NCBI GenBank assembly: GCA_964534625.1
Contig: CAZHRF010000007.1
Location: 1-64,000 of the forward strand
Direction of reading: 5' to 3'
Length of the DNA stretch: 64,000 bases
Source of the DNA: an uncultured archaeon
GTDB lineage: Archaea > Asgardarchaeota > Heimdallarchaeia > Heimdallarchaeales > Heimdallarchaeaceae
Positions 50,771 to 61,035 of this stretch are shown in pieces. A model generated the notes under the pieces. That model did no database searches and was not told the DNA's origin. It saw nothing but the letters and a program-made list of their open reading frames with translations. A program made the position numbers and the translations under genes. Every line of letters starts with the position of its first letter. Within the stretch, counting starts at the first letter, position 1.

Positions 50771-52219
50771 ATGTATTCTCATTACCAAAACGCGTTTGAA
50801 TATTGCGTGAAAGAGTTAAAGAAACATGATATATCCTATGTGATATATGAAATTAACAGTGAATTACTTGAAAAAGTGAACTTTTTTATATGGAAAAAAA
50901 TGGATTTCATTTATAAATTTGCAGAAAAAACGAACTGTCATTTAGCTATTGTAGGTGGTTTTGTTCGTGATATACTTATGGAGAATCCTTCAAATGATGT
51001 GGATATTGTTCTTTTTAGTGGAAATATAGATGAATTTACATCCGATATAGCAAAAAGAATGGATGCAAAAATAGGAAAAATGAACAATAAAACTTTAACT
51101 ACCCAAATTAGATTTAAGGATGGACTAGTATTTGAATTTAACCAAATTAGAAAAGAGAAATATGACGAATTTCCATCAAGACAACCTAAAGTTGAAGAAG
51201 GCACTATTGTTGAAGATTTGAAAAGAAGAGATTTTACAATAAATACTTTTCTTATGTTTGGTACTCAATACATTGACATTTTTGGAGGAAAGGAAGATCT
51301 AGAAAAAAAAATAATAGACACGACACGTACGCCAGTTATTGTGTTTAAAGAAGACTACCTAAGAATGTTTAGAGCAGTAAGATTCGCTTGTAAACTGGAT
51401 TTTATGATAGCAAAGAGAGTTAAAGACGGAATAAAAAAGAATGCGAAGAATCTCAAAAAGGTTCCTCATGAAAGAATAGTGGAAGAACTTAAAGAATCAG
51501 TTAGATTTAACTCAAAAAAAATGTTTAATCTACTAGTACAATTGGAGATAGTAAAAGTTCTGATCCCTGAGCTGAAAAATAAGCAATTAAATCCAAATTT
51601 GTACGTTACTAGAAAATTATATGATAAGATAGAAAAAAAATTGCACTATATTGATAAAAGAAGCAAAAAAATAGAAGATATAATATTGATGAAGTTAACC
51701 CCTATTTTCATGGAAATAGGGCGAAAGGCAATTAATATAAAAAATGATTTGTGTCAACCCCCCAATTTAGATGCAGTTTCAAAAGTATTAAGGCGGTTTA
51801 AGTTTTCCAATGAAGAGATTTATCAAATTTCATTACTGTCAAGAAATACATCGAGCTTCTTCTATTTTGTTACTCATGACTGCTCTTTGCTAGAAAAAAG
51901 AAAGTTTTTACTGAAAGTTGGGATCCATTTAGAAGCAATTATTACGCTTGCCAAATCAGAGAATAGATTGTTATGTGACCCCTTAGAATTAAGCCCATTA
52001 ATTTCAGAGTTAAAAGATTTGAACAAAGATAGATCATTAATTGATGTAGAACCAGCATTAGACGGATTCCAAATACAAGAAATATTTAATTTCGAAGGAA
52101 AAGAAATAGGACAAGCAAAAGAATTGTTGGTTGATGCTATAATGGCAGAAAAAATTGTTAATAATGAAAAAGAGTGTATTGATTATATAAAGAAAAATGA
52201 AAAAGAGATTAAAAATTAA
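50771..52219 (+). CDS. cca: Class II (bacterial/eukaryotic-type) CCA-adding tRNA nucleotidyltransferase
   Basis: VGGFVRD, DVD, RKEKY...SRQP loop, DLKRRDFTIN, EDYLRMFRAVRF, ERI..EL. Confidence 0.8.
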   Translation: MYSHYQNAFEYCVKELKKHDISYVIYEINSELLEKVNFFIWKKMDFIYKFAEKTNCHLAIVGGFVRDILMENPSNDVDIVLFSGNIDEFTSDIAKRMDAKIGKMNNKTLTTQIRFKDGLVFEFNQIRKEKYDEFPSRQPKVEEGTIVEDLKRRDFTINTFLMFGTQYIDIFGGKEDLEKKIIDTTRTPVIVFKEDYLRMFRAVRFACKLDFMIAKRVKDGIKKNAKNLKKVPHERIVEELKESVRFNSKKMFNLLVQLEIVKVLIPELKNKQLNPNLYVTRKLYDKIEKKLHYIDKRSKKIEDIILMKLTPIFMEIGRKAINIKNDLCQPPNLDAVSKVLRRFKFSNEEIYQISLLSRNTSSFFYFVTHDCSLLEKRKFLLKVGIHLEAIITLAKSENRLLCDPLELSPLISELKDLNKDRSLIDVEPALDGFQIQEIFNFEGKEIGQAKELLVDAIMAEKIVNNEKECIDYIKKNEKEIKN

Positions 52220-53661
52220 TGATTATGGTTGTGCTTTAGCATGTGTTGATAATCTTCAACTCTCATAAGAGAAAAGAATGCTCTTTGAACAACTTCACTC
52301 AAAGCGGGATGAATATGCATACCTCTTTGAATTGGGGCCATTGTTCTATCTTCAGTATACATCAGATTGATAATTTCTTGGATTAAAACAGAAGCTTGAG
52401 GACCAACAATATGTGCCCCTAGGATCTCTCTATTCTTAGCTTTAAAGATGATTTTGACAAAATAGTCTTTAACGTGCATAGCTTCTCCTTTAGCTGTATG
52501 CTCGTATTTTTGAAAGCCTATTAGAATCTCATCTTTACCATGTTTTTCTATTGCTTCTTGCTCTTTCATACCTACTGAAGCAACTTCTGGGTGGCTGAAA
52601 ACTGCATGAGGAACAGCGTGATAGTCAACAGGAACCTTTTTTTTGCCTATAGCATTATAATAGACAATTTGGCTTTCATAATTACCAACGTGTTTTAAAA
52701 GATGTTGTCCATTAGCGTCACCCATAGCCCAAATATTTGATTTGGATGTTTCTAAATATTCGTTAACCTTAATCCAGCCTTTTTTGTCAAATTCAATATC
52801 CGATTTTTCAGGTTCTAAAATATCTGAATTGGAAGCTCTTCCTGCTGCTATTAAAACAGATGAACTTTTTTTGTGGATTTTTTCGTTGGTAGCACGATTA
52901 TTAGCTATGATAACCTTTTGCCCATTTTCTTCTTTAATTTCCACAACTTCATGGTTGGTTAAGATTTCCAAGTGTTTAGAAAGTTTTTTTTGTGCAACAG
53001 CTGAGATTTCTGGTTCTTCATCAGGTAAAAACTGTGGATTACGACCTATAATAGTAATCTTGCTCCCCATAGCGGAAAAGAAATGGCCATATTCAGCAGC
53101 AATATATCCTCCACCTACAATTACTAAACTTTCTGGGAGCTCTGTAAGATCTAAGATTGTTTGACTTGTGTGATACTTCACGTTATCAATATTTTTAATA
53201 GGAGGAATATAAGGTTTAGAACCCGTACAAAGAAAAATCATATCAGATTTAATATATTTTCCATTAACTTCCAAAGTATACGGAGCAATAAATTTAGCTA
53301 TATACGGATAATAATCAATATTTTCAGCATGGGATAATCCTTGGCGGATGTTTTCGATATCAGAATTAATGATGCTACGCATTCTTTCCATTATGCTGGG
53401 AAAGTCAACATGATCAATCTTGGTTTTGATATGGAGTTCATTAGCTTTTTCAGTAAGTCTTATCAAATCAGCAGGATAGATAAGAAGTTTGGAGGGAATG
53501 CATCCCCGTGTTAAACAAATACCTCCTGGTTCATCTTTATCAATAACAGCAACTTTTCTATGCTTATTTTGATTTAAAAATGGTTCAACTAAATTCATAG
53601 CAGAGCCAGTACCAATAATAATGAGATCATATTCTTTGATGTCTTTAGTAGAATTATTCAT
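52216..53661 (-). CDS. Dihydrolipoamide dehydrogenase / flavoprotein disulfide reductase
   Basis: IIGTGS, GGICLTRGCIPSK, GGGYIAAE, HIHPALSE. Confidence 0.88.
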   Translation of the reverse strand: MNNSTKDIKEYDLIIIGTGSAMNLVEPFLNQNKHRKVAVIDKDEPGGICLTRGCIPSKLLIYPADLIRLTEKANELHIKTKIDHVDFPSIMERMRSIINSDIENIRQGLSHAENIDYYPYIAKFIAPYTLEVNGKYIKSDMIFLCTGSKPYIPPIKNIDNVKYHTSQTILDLTELPESLVIVGGGYIAAEYGHFFSAMGSKITIIGRNPQFLPDEEPEISAVAQKKLSKHLEILTNHEVVEIKEENGQKVIIANNRATNEKIHKKSSSVLIAAGRASNSDILEPEKSDIEFDKKGWIKVNEYLETSKSNIWAMGDANGQHLLKHVGNYESQIVYYNAIGKKKVPVDYHAVPHAVFSHPEVASVGMKEQEAIEKHGKDEILIGFQKYEHTAKGEAMHVKDYFVKIIFKAKNREILGAHIVGPQASVLIQEIINLMYTEDRTMAPIQRGMHIHPALSEVVQRAFFSLMRVEDYQHMLKHNHNH

Positions 53662-53762
53662 ATAATAAGAATTTTTTACTAAGTGTTAAATGTTGGTAAG
53701 TGTCAACAAAGATATAGAATAAAAGGGAAACATTGAATAATGCACAAAATAAATGGTAATCT

Positions 53763-55634
53763 ATGACAAGTGATGATGATTTGTTTAAACGTTATCTGTC
53801 AGTAGAGACTGCTGGTGGAGGGAGATGGCATCCAGATGGAGATAAAATTGTTTTTATTTATGATGGATCTGGTAACTTCCAAGTATATGAAACCCAATGT
53901 ATACAAGATTTACAAATTTGGCCAGATAGAAAAACATATTCTGAGGATAGATCAACATGCGCACGATATTTAGATGATGGGACAATTATTTTTACGCGGG
54001 ACAAAGGCGGAAATGAAAATTTTCAACTCTTTGTAATTGATAAAAATGGAAAAGAAAAATGTTTATCCTCTGATGATCAAGCAAAACATTTAATCTATTT
54101 TCATAATAAAACTTTTGTCTATTTTACTGCCAATATAGAAGATAAAACTCGATTTGATGTGTATAGATATCAAATACCTGTTACAGAAAATTCTCCAGAA
54201 ATGGTCTTTAAACCAAAGAAACAAGGACTTTATGCACCCCAAATTGTATCAGAAGACAACAAAAGGCTAATCGTATCAGAATATAAAAGCAATAGATCTC
54301 AAGAGTTGTTGTTAGTAAATACAAAAAACAACGAAGTAAAAAATATAACAAAACCAATAACTGGAGAACAAGAAACAAGATGGGCTGCTGTTAGGTGGAT
54401 AGATGCTGAACATGTTTTAGTGCAAACTGACTTTGATAGTGATTTATATAGGCTAGCAATCATTGATCTGGAAGGAAATTTCTATAAAATTGAACAATTA
54501 GAGAACTTTAAACAGTATGAAGTAGAGAAAACTACTTGGTCAACGAACACCCCTTATACCTTCTTTGAATATAATGAGGGTGGCTACAGTTCATTATTTA
54601 GAGCAATATTTACCCCTGAAGGTATAGAAAATATAGAAGAAATATCTTTACCTAAGAAAGGCTTGATTGTTAGTGGCGATGCAAGATCATTTACAACAGG
54701 AATGAATTTATCACCTGATGGAACTAAATTGATAATAACATTCAGTTCTTCTGAATTACCGACTAATGTTTGGGTAATCGATCTTGAAACTAATGATTAT
54801 TGGCAAGTTACAAAAACTGACACTGCGGGGCTAGATTCAAAAGACTTTGCTGATTCAAAATTAGAAAGTTTTAAGAGTTTTGATGGTATTGAAGTGCCTT
54901 ACTTTAAATATCTACCAAAAACTGAAAAAATACAAAATGGCTATCCAACCATATTTGTTGTTCATGGTGGACCAGAATCACAGTATAAACCTGCTTTTTC
55001 ACCACAAGTGCAATTTTTCATTCAAGCAGGATTTGCCATAATAGCTCCTAATATTAGGGGGAGCGCAGGTTACGGAACAACTTATTTAGATCTAGATAAT
55101 GTTGAAAAAAGGCTAGATTCAATAAAAGATATTAAATATCTCGCGTTACACTTAAAAGAAAACGATTCGGATGTAAATCCGGAAAAATTCTGTGTCTTTG
55201 GCGGTTCTTATGGTGGTTTTGCTGTGTTATCAGCGATGACTGAACATCCTGAACTCTGGGCAGCTGGAGTAGATATAGTAGGAATATCTAATTTTGTAAC
55301 TTTCCTAGAAAATACTGCTTCATGGAGAAGAAAATTACGTGAAGAAGAATATGGCAATCTAGATGAGGATAGAACGATCCTTGAAAGGATAAGTCCGATC
55401 AATCAACAGGCAAATATTTCTGCCCCATTGTTTATTATCCACGGTGATAATGATGAAAGAGTACCTGTATCTGAAACGATTCAGATGTATGAGAAGTTGA
55501 AAGAAAAAGGACTTGACGTTAAGATGTTACGTTTTGATGATGAAGGGCATGGTATAACAAAACTGAGCAATAAAATTAAAGCTTATTCTGAAGTTCTAGA
55601 CTGGTTAAAGAATATTGTCAAGGTTAATGAATAA
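53763..55634 (+). CDS. S9 family peptidase (beta-propeller + alpha/beta hydrolase)
   Basis: HGGPE, GGSYGG, DERVP, EGHG. Confidence 0.93.
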   Translation: MTSDDDLFKRYLSVETAGGGRWHPDGDKIVFIYDGSGNFQVYETQCIQDLQIWPDRKTYSEDRSTCARYLDDGTIIFTRDKGGNENFQLFVIDKNGKEKCLSSDDQAKHLIYFHNKTFVYFTANIEDKTRFDVYRYQIPVTENSPEMVFKPKKQGLYAPQIVSEDNKRLIVSEYKSNRSQELLLVNTKNNEVKNITKPITGEQETRWAAVRWIDAEHVLVQTDFDSDLYRLAIIDLEGNFYKIEQLENFKQYEVEKTTWSTNTPYTFFEYNEGGYSSLFRAIFTPEGIENIEEISLPKKGLIVSGDARSFTTGMNLSPDGTKLIITFSSSELPTNVWVIDLETNDYWQVTKTDTAGLDSKDFADSKLESFKSFDGIEVPYFKYLPKTEKIQNGYPTIFVVHGGPESQYKPAFSPQVQFFIQAGFAIIAPNIRGSAGYGTTYLDLDNVEKRLDSIKDIKYLALHLKENDSDVNPEKFCVFGGSYGGFAVLSAMTEHPELWAAGVDIVGISNFVTFLENTASWRRKLREEEYGNLDEDRTILERISPINQQANISAPLFIIHGDNDERVPVSETIQMYEKLKEKGLDVKMLRFDDEGHGITKLSNKIKAYSEVLDWLKNIVKVNE

Positions 55635-55945
55635 AATCAATACTAAACTAAAAATAGTAATAGATAAACGCTTCTTTTCTTTTCTTTTTTTCTTTTTCAA
55701 GAATATTTTATTACATAGAATTACCGACATTAATCCTTTAGTTTATTTTTCGTATCGTTAACTATATATGCAACATCCCATCAAAACATTTAAATGTTAT
55801 TCGATATATTTATATAGTCGATAGTGCTTCCCTAAATAGATATGTAGGGTGCATACTGACAGATTGTAAAGGTCTAAATACGGGATACTTTAATTATAAA
55901 TGTTATTTTCAATCTGTTTTATGTTATCAAATAGAGTGGTAGTGT

Positions 55946-56884
55946 ATGAGCGGTAATTCAAGGGAATATGGGCAAGAAGAGAAAATTATTTGTCCTGAGT
56001 GTGGATCGGAAGATGTAATTCAAGATGTGCATAAAGGCGATAAGATATGTAGAAATTGTGGAACAATAGTCGATGATAAAATGATTGACGATGGACCAGA
56101 ATGGAGGGCGTTTACTTCGGAAGAGAGGAGTAAAAGGAGCAGGGTGGGAAGTCCAACTTCTATAACAATTCATGACAAGGGATTATCAACACAGATAGGC
56201 TGGGAAGATAGGGACGTATATGGGAAAAAGCTTTCTCCCAAGCGTAGGGCACAAATTTATCGATTACGTAAATGGCAAATTCGTACTCGAGTTCACAGTT
56301 CGATAGATAGAAATCTAGCCTATGCAATGTCAGAATTAGATAGGTTATCATCACAATTAGGTCTTCCAAGAAGTGTGAATGAAACCGCAGCTAATATATA
56401 TCGGAAAGCAATCGAAGAGCGCCTTATTCGTGGTCGTTCCATTGAAGCTATGATTGGTGCTGTAGCCTATGCGGGAGCTAGAATTCGTCGTGTTCCTCGG
56501 ACTTTGGATGAAATAGCTCGTCATTCTCGTATTTCAAAAAAAGAGTTAGGTCGATGTTATAGATTAATTGTTCGAGATCTTAATATAAAAATACCCCTAG
56601 CTAATCCAAATGAGTATATCGTCCGTTTTGCTGCAGAATTGCGTTTAAGTGGAAAAACAGCACGAAAAGCAGTTGACCTTTTGGATCGAGCTAAAGAACA
56701 CAATTTAACAGCGGGAAAAGATCCTACTGGATTAGCTGCAGCTTCTATTTATATAGCAGGTATTACTGAAGGTGAGCGTAGGACACAACGAGAAATAGCT
56801 GAAACGGCAACAGTGACAGAAGTGACGGTAAGAAATCGATACAAAGAATTAGTCAAAAAGTTGGAGATAGAAGTAACGATATAA
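55946..56884 (+). CDS. tfb: Transcription initiation factor IIB
   Basis: Zn ribbon, GPEWRAF, two cyclin repeats, VTEVTVRNRYKEL. Confidence 0.97.
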   Translation: MSGNSREYGQEEKIICPECGSEDVIQDVHKGDKICRNCGTIVDDKMIDDGPEWRAFTSEERSKRSRVGSPTSITIHDKGLSTQIGWEDRDVYGKKLSPKRRAQIYRLRKWQIRTRVHSSIDRNLAYAMSELDRLSSQLGLPRSVNETAANIYRKAIEERLIRGRSIEAMIGAVAYAGARIRRVPRTLDEIARHSRISKKELGRCYRLIVRDLNIKIPLANPNEYIVRFAAELRLSGKTARKAVDLLDRAKEHNLTAGKDPTGLAAASIYIAGITEGERRTQREIAETATVTEVTVRNRYKELVKKLEIEVTI

Positions 56885-57035
56885 TTTTTGTGAGAGTGTA
56901 TAACCCGCTCTTATCTGTTCTTTGTTTCTTTTTTAAACATTAATCCTCTATCTTAATCTTATTTTCTGTAGTGTTTTAAGTTGACTTTTTTCAAAGAATT
57001 TAATAAAGACTATCTCTTTTTTTTCTTGATGGAAA

Positions 57036-58565
57036 TTGACTGAAGAAAGATTAGTAGATAAACTTGTTGAGGTTTGTCTTAGACGTGGATTTATCAATCC
57101 TACTGCGGAAATATATGGTGGTTTATCTGGTTTTTATGATTATGGACCACTCGGAACTCTAATGAGACAAAAGATTGAAGATTTATGGAGGCAACTTTTT
57201 GTTCTTGATGAAGATAACATATTTGAGATAAAAGGTTCCCTTATCCTACCTGAAAAGGTTTTTGCCGCTTCTGGACATTTGGATGCTTTTAATGATCCCT
57301 TAGTGCAATGTAAGAAATGTAAATCTATGCATAGGGCTGATACACTTGTTAAAGAGGCATTAAATAAAAATGTTGAAGGATTGTCTTTAGAGGAACAAGA
57401 TTCAATAATTGCAGAAAATGATGTGAAATGTCCAAATTGTAAGGGAGATCTTGAAAAAGCAAGATATTTTAATTTAATGTTTAAAACAGAAGTAGGTCCT
57501 ACTGAAGGCAATCCAGGATATTTACGACCTGAAACAGCTCAAAACATATTTATCAATTTCAAGCGAATTGTACGGTTTATGCGGAACAAATTACCTTTTG
57601 GAATAGCTCAAGTGGGTAGTTCGTTTAGAAATGAAATCTCTCCTCGAAATTTTGTTATTAGAGTAAGAGAATTCGAACAAATGGAATTAGAGATGTTTTT
57701 TAACCCAGAAAAAGCCAATGAGAAAGAAAATTTCTACCAAATTGAAGATTTAACAATAAACGTTGTAACAAGAGAAATGCAAGATAAAGGATGGGATAAA
57801 CCCAAAGAGTTAACGATAAAAGAAGCAGTAGAATCACAATTTCTTCCTAATCAATATATGGCGTATTATTTAGCCTTAGAATCTGAAATGTTTCAGAGTA
57901 TGGGGATACCAAAAGAGAAGTTTTGGTTTAGGCATATGTTACCAAGTGAAACTCCTCACTATAGTGGAGGAAATTATGATTTAGAAGTGGATTTATCAGC
58001 AGGACATGTGGAAGTGGTAGGTAATGCATATAGGCGCGATTATGATTTGTTGAAACACGCCAAGGGGTCTAATTCTTCTTTTGAAGTACCAACACCTAAT
58101 GGAAAAGTTTTACCCCATGTAGTAGAACCTTCAATGGGTATAGGGAGAATTCTCTATACAATACTGGAACTGTGTTATCGAGAAGATGAAGGGCGAGACT
58201 GGTCGTGGTTCCAATTTCCATCAAGCATAGCTCCTATAGAAGTAGCAGTATTTCCATTAATGAAAAAAGATGGTCTAAAAGAAATAGCACAAGATATCCA
58301 TGTAGAACTTAAGGATGCTGGATATCTATCTTTCTATGATGAATCTGGAAATATAGGAAGACGGTATGCAAGATCTGATGAAGTGGGTATCCCATATTGC
58401 ATAACCATCGATTATGATACAAAAGAAGAAGAAACTGTTACAATACGAGATAGAGATTCAATGAATCAAATAAGAATATTCGTGGAAGATTTGGAAGTTA
58501 TCTTGGGTGATCTGATGGATGGAACAGTTGCTTTCGAAGAATTAATGGAAGAATATGGGATTTAA
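57036..58565 (+). CDS. glyS: Glycine--tRNA ligase (archaeal/eukaryotic alpha2 type)
   Basis: YLRPETAQ, FRNEISPR, REFEQME, VVEPSMG, anticodon-binding domain. Confidence 0.96.
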   Translation: MTEERLVDKLVEVCLRRGFINPTAEIYGGLSGFYDYGPLGTLMRQKIEDLWRQLFVLDEDNIFEIKGSLILPEKVFAASGHLDAFNDPLVQCKKCKSMHRADTLVKEALNKNVEGLSLEEQDSIIAENDVKCPNCKGDLEKARYFNLMFKTEVGPTEGNPGYLRPETAQNIFINFKRIVRFMRNKLPFGIAQVGSSFRNEISPRNFVIRVREFEQMELEMFFNPEKANEKENFYQIEDLTINVVTREMQDKGWDKPKELTIKEAVESQFLPNQYMAYYLALESEMFQSMGIPKEKFWFRHMLPSETPHYSGGNYDLEVDLSAGHVEVVGNAYRRDYDLLKHAKGSNSSFEVPTPNGKVLPHVVEPSMGIGRILYTILELCYREDEGRDWSWFQFPSSIAPIEVAVFPLMKKDGLKEIAQDIHVELKDAGYLSFYDESGNIGRRYARSDEVGIPYCITIDYDTKEEETVTIRDRDSMNQIRIFVEDLEVILGDLMDGTVAFEELMEEYGI

Positions 58566-58664
58566 TACCCATTCTCAAACTTTTTTCACATTTATCTGCA
58601 ATTTTGAAAAATAAATCACGTAGCAATAGTAAAAATTAATAAGATAAAAACGAGAGTAACAAAC

Positions 58665-58811
58665 ATGACAAAATATATGTGCCAACGATGTAAAAAAGAG
58701 ATTACCCCAAGTGAATTGAGATTGTTACCTGGAGTGAAATGTCCAAAGTGCAGTCACAGAATTCTGATTAAGCAAAGATCGCTCATCGCTAAACCAGTAA
58801 AAGCAAGATAA
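58665..58811 (+). CDS. rpoP: RNA polymerase subunit Rpo12/RpoP (not in ORF track)
   Basis: Translated by hand: MTKYMCQRCKKEITPSELRLLPGVKCPKCSHRILIKQRSLIAKPVKAR*. Confidence 0.92.
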   Translation: MTKYMCQRCKKEITPSELRLLPGVKCPKCSHRILIKQRSLIAKPVKAR

Positions 58812-58885
58812 CTACTTCGATTATATTTCCTTTATTTTAGAGGGAAGCAAGGAGAGGTTTATTGATTAAAAACAAAACATCTCCT

Positions 58886-60472
58886 TTATTTCACAATTTT
58901 TCCCAAGACTAGTTTATCACTGATAATGTTCACTATTTCTATTTTTAATACTTTTTCACGTAAATCTGTTGAACTTTCGATACTTACAGCTGGACCACCG
59001 AAAAGAGGATAAGCGATATAAGTATTATCTCGTACTCTATCTTTCTCAGCAACTACCGTGTAAAATTGTTTTCCTACTAATTCCCCTTTCTTTTTCTTGT
59101 TAAAAGCAATAATAGTATTTTTTAATTTACCTCGCTCTTTTTCCATTAAATATCTATCTGAAGGAGAAGGAACATTCAACTTAGTGAAAGGTGAATTAGG
59201 AAGAGGAAGATACTTGTAAACAGTAATTTTATCTGCTATTGAAGGAAGTTTGTGCTCTATTACCTCCCTTGTTCGACGAAGAGATCTTACAGTCTCACCT
59301 GGAAGTGAATGAATAAGATAAATTTGAGGTTTTAATTCTGCATTGGATAATAAGCTGGCAGCTCTAATAACAGATTTAGGGTCATCCGGTCTTCCTAAAT
59401 CTCGACTATGTTTTTGATCAAAAGTTTCACAACCAACGCTGATAGGAGTGTTAGCTAGATATTTCCCTAGAATTTGTGCTGCTTCAGGAGTAACAAGTGA
59501 AGGTTTGACATTTTCTATAGCAATAGAACATTTGTGTGACTGAGAATCACGAATTTTTGCAAGTGTTGCAAGCAGTTTTTCAATAGCAGAAAGATTGGGT
59601 GAAGGAACAGTAGGAGAATATATGGTTTTGTTATCGCCTCGTTTATAATCTAAGAAACCTGGAGCGGAGAGAACTATACGTTTCACTCCTTGAGAAAACA
59701 ATGATTCAACTTCATCTAGAATCAATTTGAGAGGACGACTTCTAGGCGGACCAAAAAGTGTAGGGACAGAACAAAATCCACAACCACTAGGTATATCTTC
59801 TGGGCATTCATCTGTAGATACGGTTTCAGGACTTTCGCAGTTACCACATTCACTACATCCACCAATTGATTTCACGATATCTCCACGAAAATGATTTGAA
59901 CACCCTCTAACTACCTCAACATAAACTCTAGAAAACCAGTAATCAGGATAATCTCGTATACCAGCTGTATCCGGGAAAAAATGTTCTAAAGGATCAGCAG
60001 TAGAGGGATTTTTGATAGATGAAAACAAAAATTTATTCTTTATGCGTCGAGTTGTATAATATTCTGTATTAGATAATGAAGCAAAATTAAGTTGTTTTGA
60101 TAATAAATCTTGAAGAATCCACTCACCTTCACCTATAACGCCTGCATTAATATCTAAAGAGAAAAGAAGAGAAGAATCTGCAAGAATAGGACCACCAAGA
60201 ATTATAGGAGCAGAAAAAGAGCGTAAGATAGCAATAACTTTTTTTACAGCGACTAAATCCACAGACATTGCACTAATTAAAAACCCATCAAAGGAAGATA
60301 AAGTGTGACTATGAGAACTATTTAATAAATCTTCAACTCGTACAATTATGGGATAGGATTGTGAGGTTTTAACTATACCGGCTAAAAGCTTGGGTCCAGC
60401 TCCAATAACATCCCGGGTAAACAGACGATGACCATCGTTAGCAGCAAGTGCATCAATAATAAGGATATTCAC
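58886..60472 (-). CDS. Archaeal B12-binding-like radical SAM protein with split Cys motif and C-terminal TRAM-like domain
   Basis: IILGGP; EVVRGCSN...CSECGNC...CP...GCGFCSVP; C-terminal beta domain. Confidence 0.8.
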   Translation of the reverse strand: MNILIIDALAANDGHRLFTRDVIGAGPKLLAGIVKTSQSYPIIVRVEDLLNSSHSHTLSSFDGFLISAMSVDLVAVKKVIAILRSFSAPIILGGPILADSSLLFSLDINAGVIGEGEWILQDLLSKQLNFASLSNTEYYTTRRIKNKFLFSSIKNPSTADPLEHFFPDTAGIRDYPDYWFSRVYVEVVRGCSNHFRGDIVKSIGGCSECGNCESPETVSTDECPEDIPSGCGFCSVPTLFGPPRSRPLKLILDEVESLFSQGVKRIVLSAPGFLDYKRGDNKTIYSPTVPSPNLSAIEKLLATLAKIRDSQSHKCSIAIENVKPSLVTPEAAQILGKYLANTPISVGCETFDQKHSRDLGRPDDPKSVIRAASLLSNAELKPQIYLIHSLPGETVRSLRRTREVIEHKLPSIADKITVYKYLPLPNSPFTKLNVPSPSDRYLMEKERGKLKNTIIAFNKKKKGELVGKQFYTVVAEKDRVRDNTYIAYPLFGGPAVSIESSTDLREKVLKIEIVNIISDKLVLGKIVK

Positions 60473-60654
60473 AAGAAAAAAAAGAAAACACAGAATAAAA
60501 AGATTGGTTTTATCAGTTCTGTTAAAGTCAGAAAGAAAATAAAACAGCCTAAAATGAAAAAAATGAAATTATGTAAAATATAAAAATAAGAAAAGGATAA
60601 AATTAACCCTCAAGAAGGAAAAATATAAATATCATTAATCGAAGGTTAAAATGA

Positions 60655-60975
60655 ATGGAAGAAGATATTTGTCCTGTATGTACATTACCACGCGATCTTT
60701 GTATTTGTCAGGAAATTGCGAAAGAAGAACAAACAATTTCTGTCAAAATGGAAAAACGCCGTTATGGCAAAGAATATACTGTTATCACTGGGATCGACCC
60801 TAAAGATGTTGATTTACGTACAACCGCTCGTAAGCTTAAATCTAGACTTGCTTGTGGTGGTACTGCAAAAGAAGGTCGGATTGAGTTGCAAGGAGATCAT
60901 CGATTTAAAATAAAAGATTTGCTTGTTAGCATGGGCTTTCCCGAGAATAATATAGAAGTAGAAAGGCCATATTGA
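60655..60975 (+). CDS. sui1: Translation initiation factor SUI1/aIF1
   Basis: [29 protein letters not shown]. Confidence 0.95.
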   Translation: MEEDICPVCTLPRDLCICQEIAKEEQTISVKMEKRRYGKEYTVITGIDPKDVDLRTTARKLKSRLACGGTAKEGRIELQGDHRFKIKDLLVSMGFPENNIEVERPY

Positions 60976-61035
60976 TGACGTGATCACATTTTCATACTAA
61001 ATTTATTGTTTATTATTTCTCTTTTTTATTTTTTA

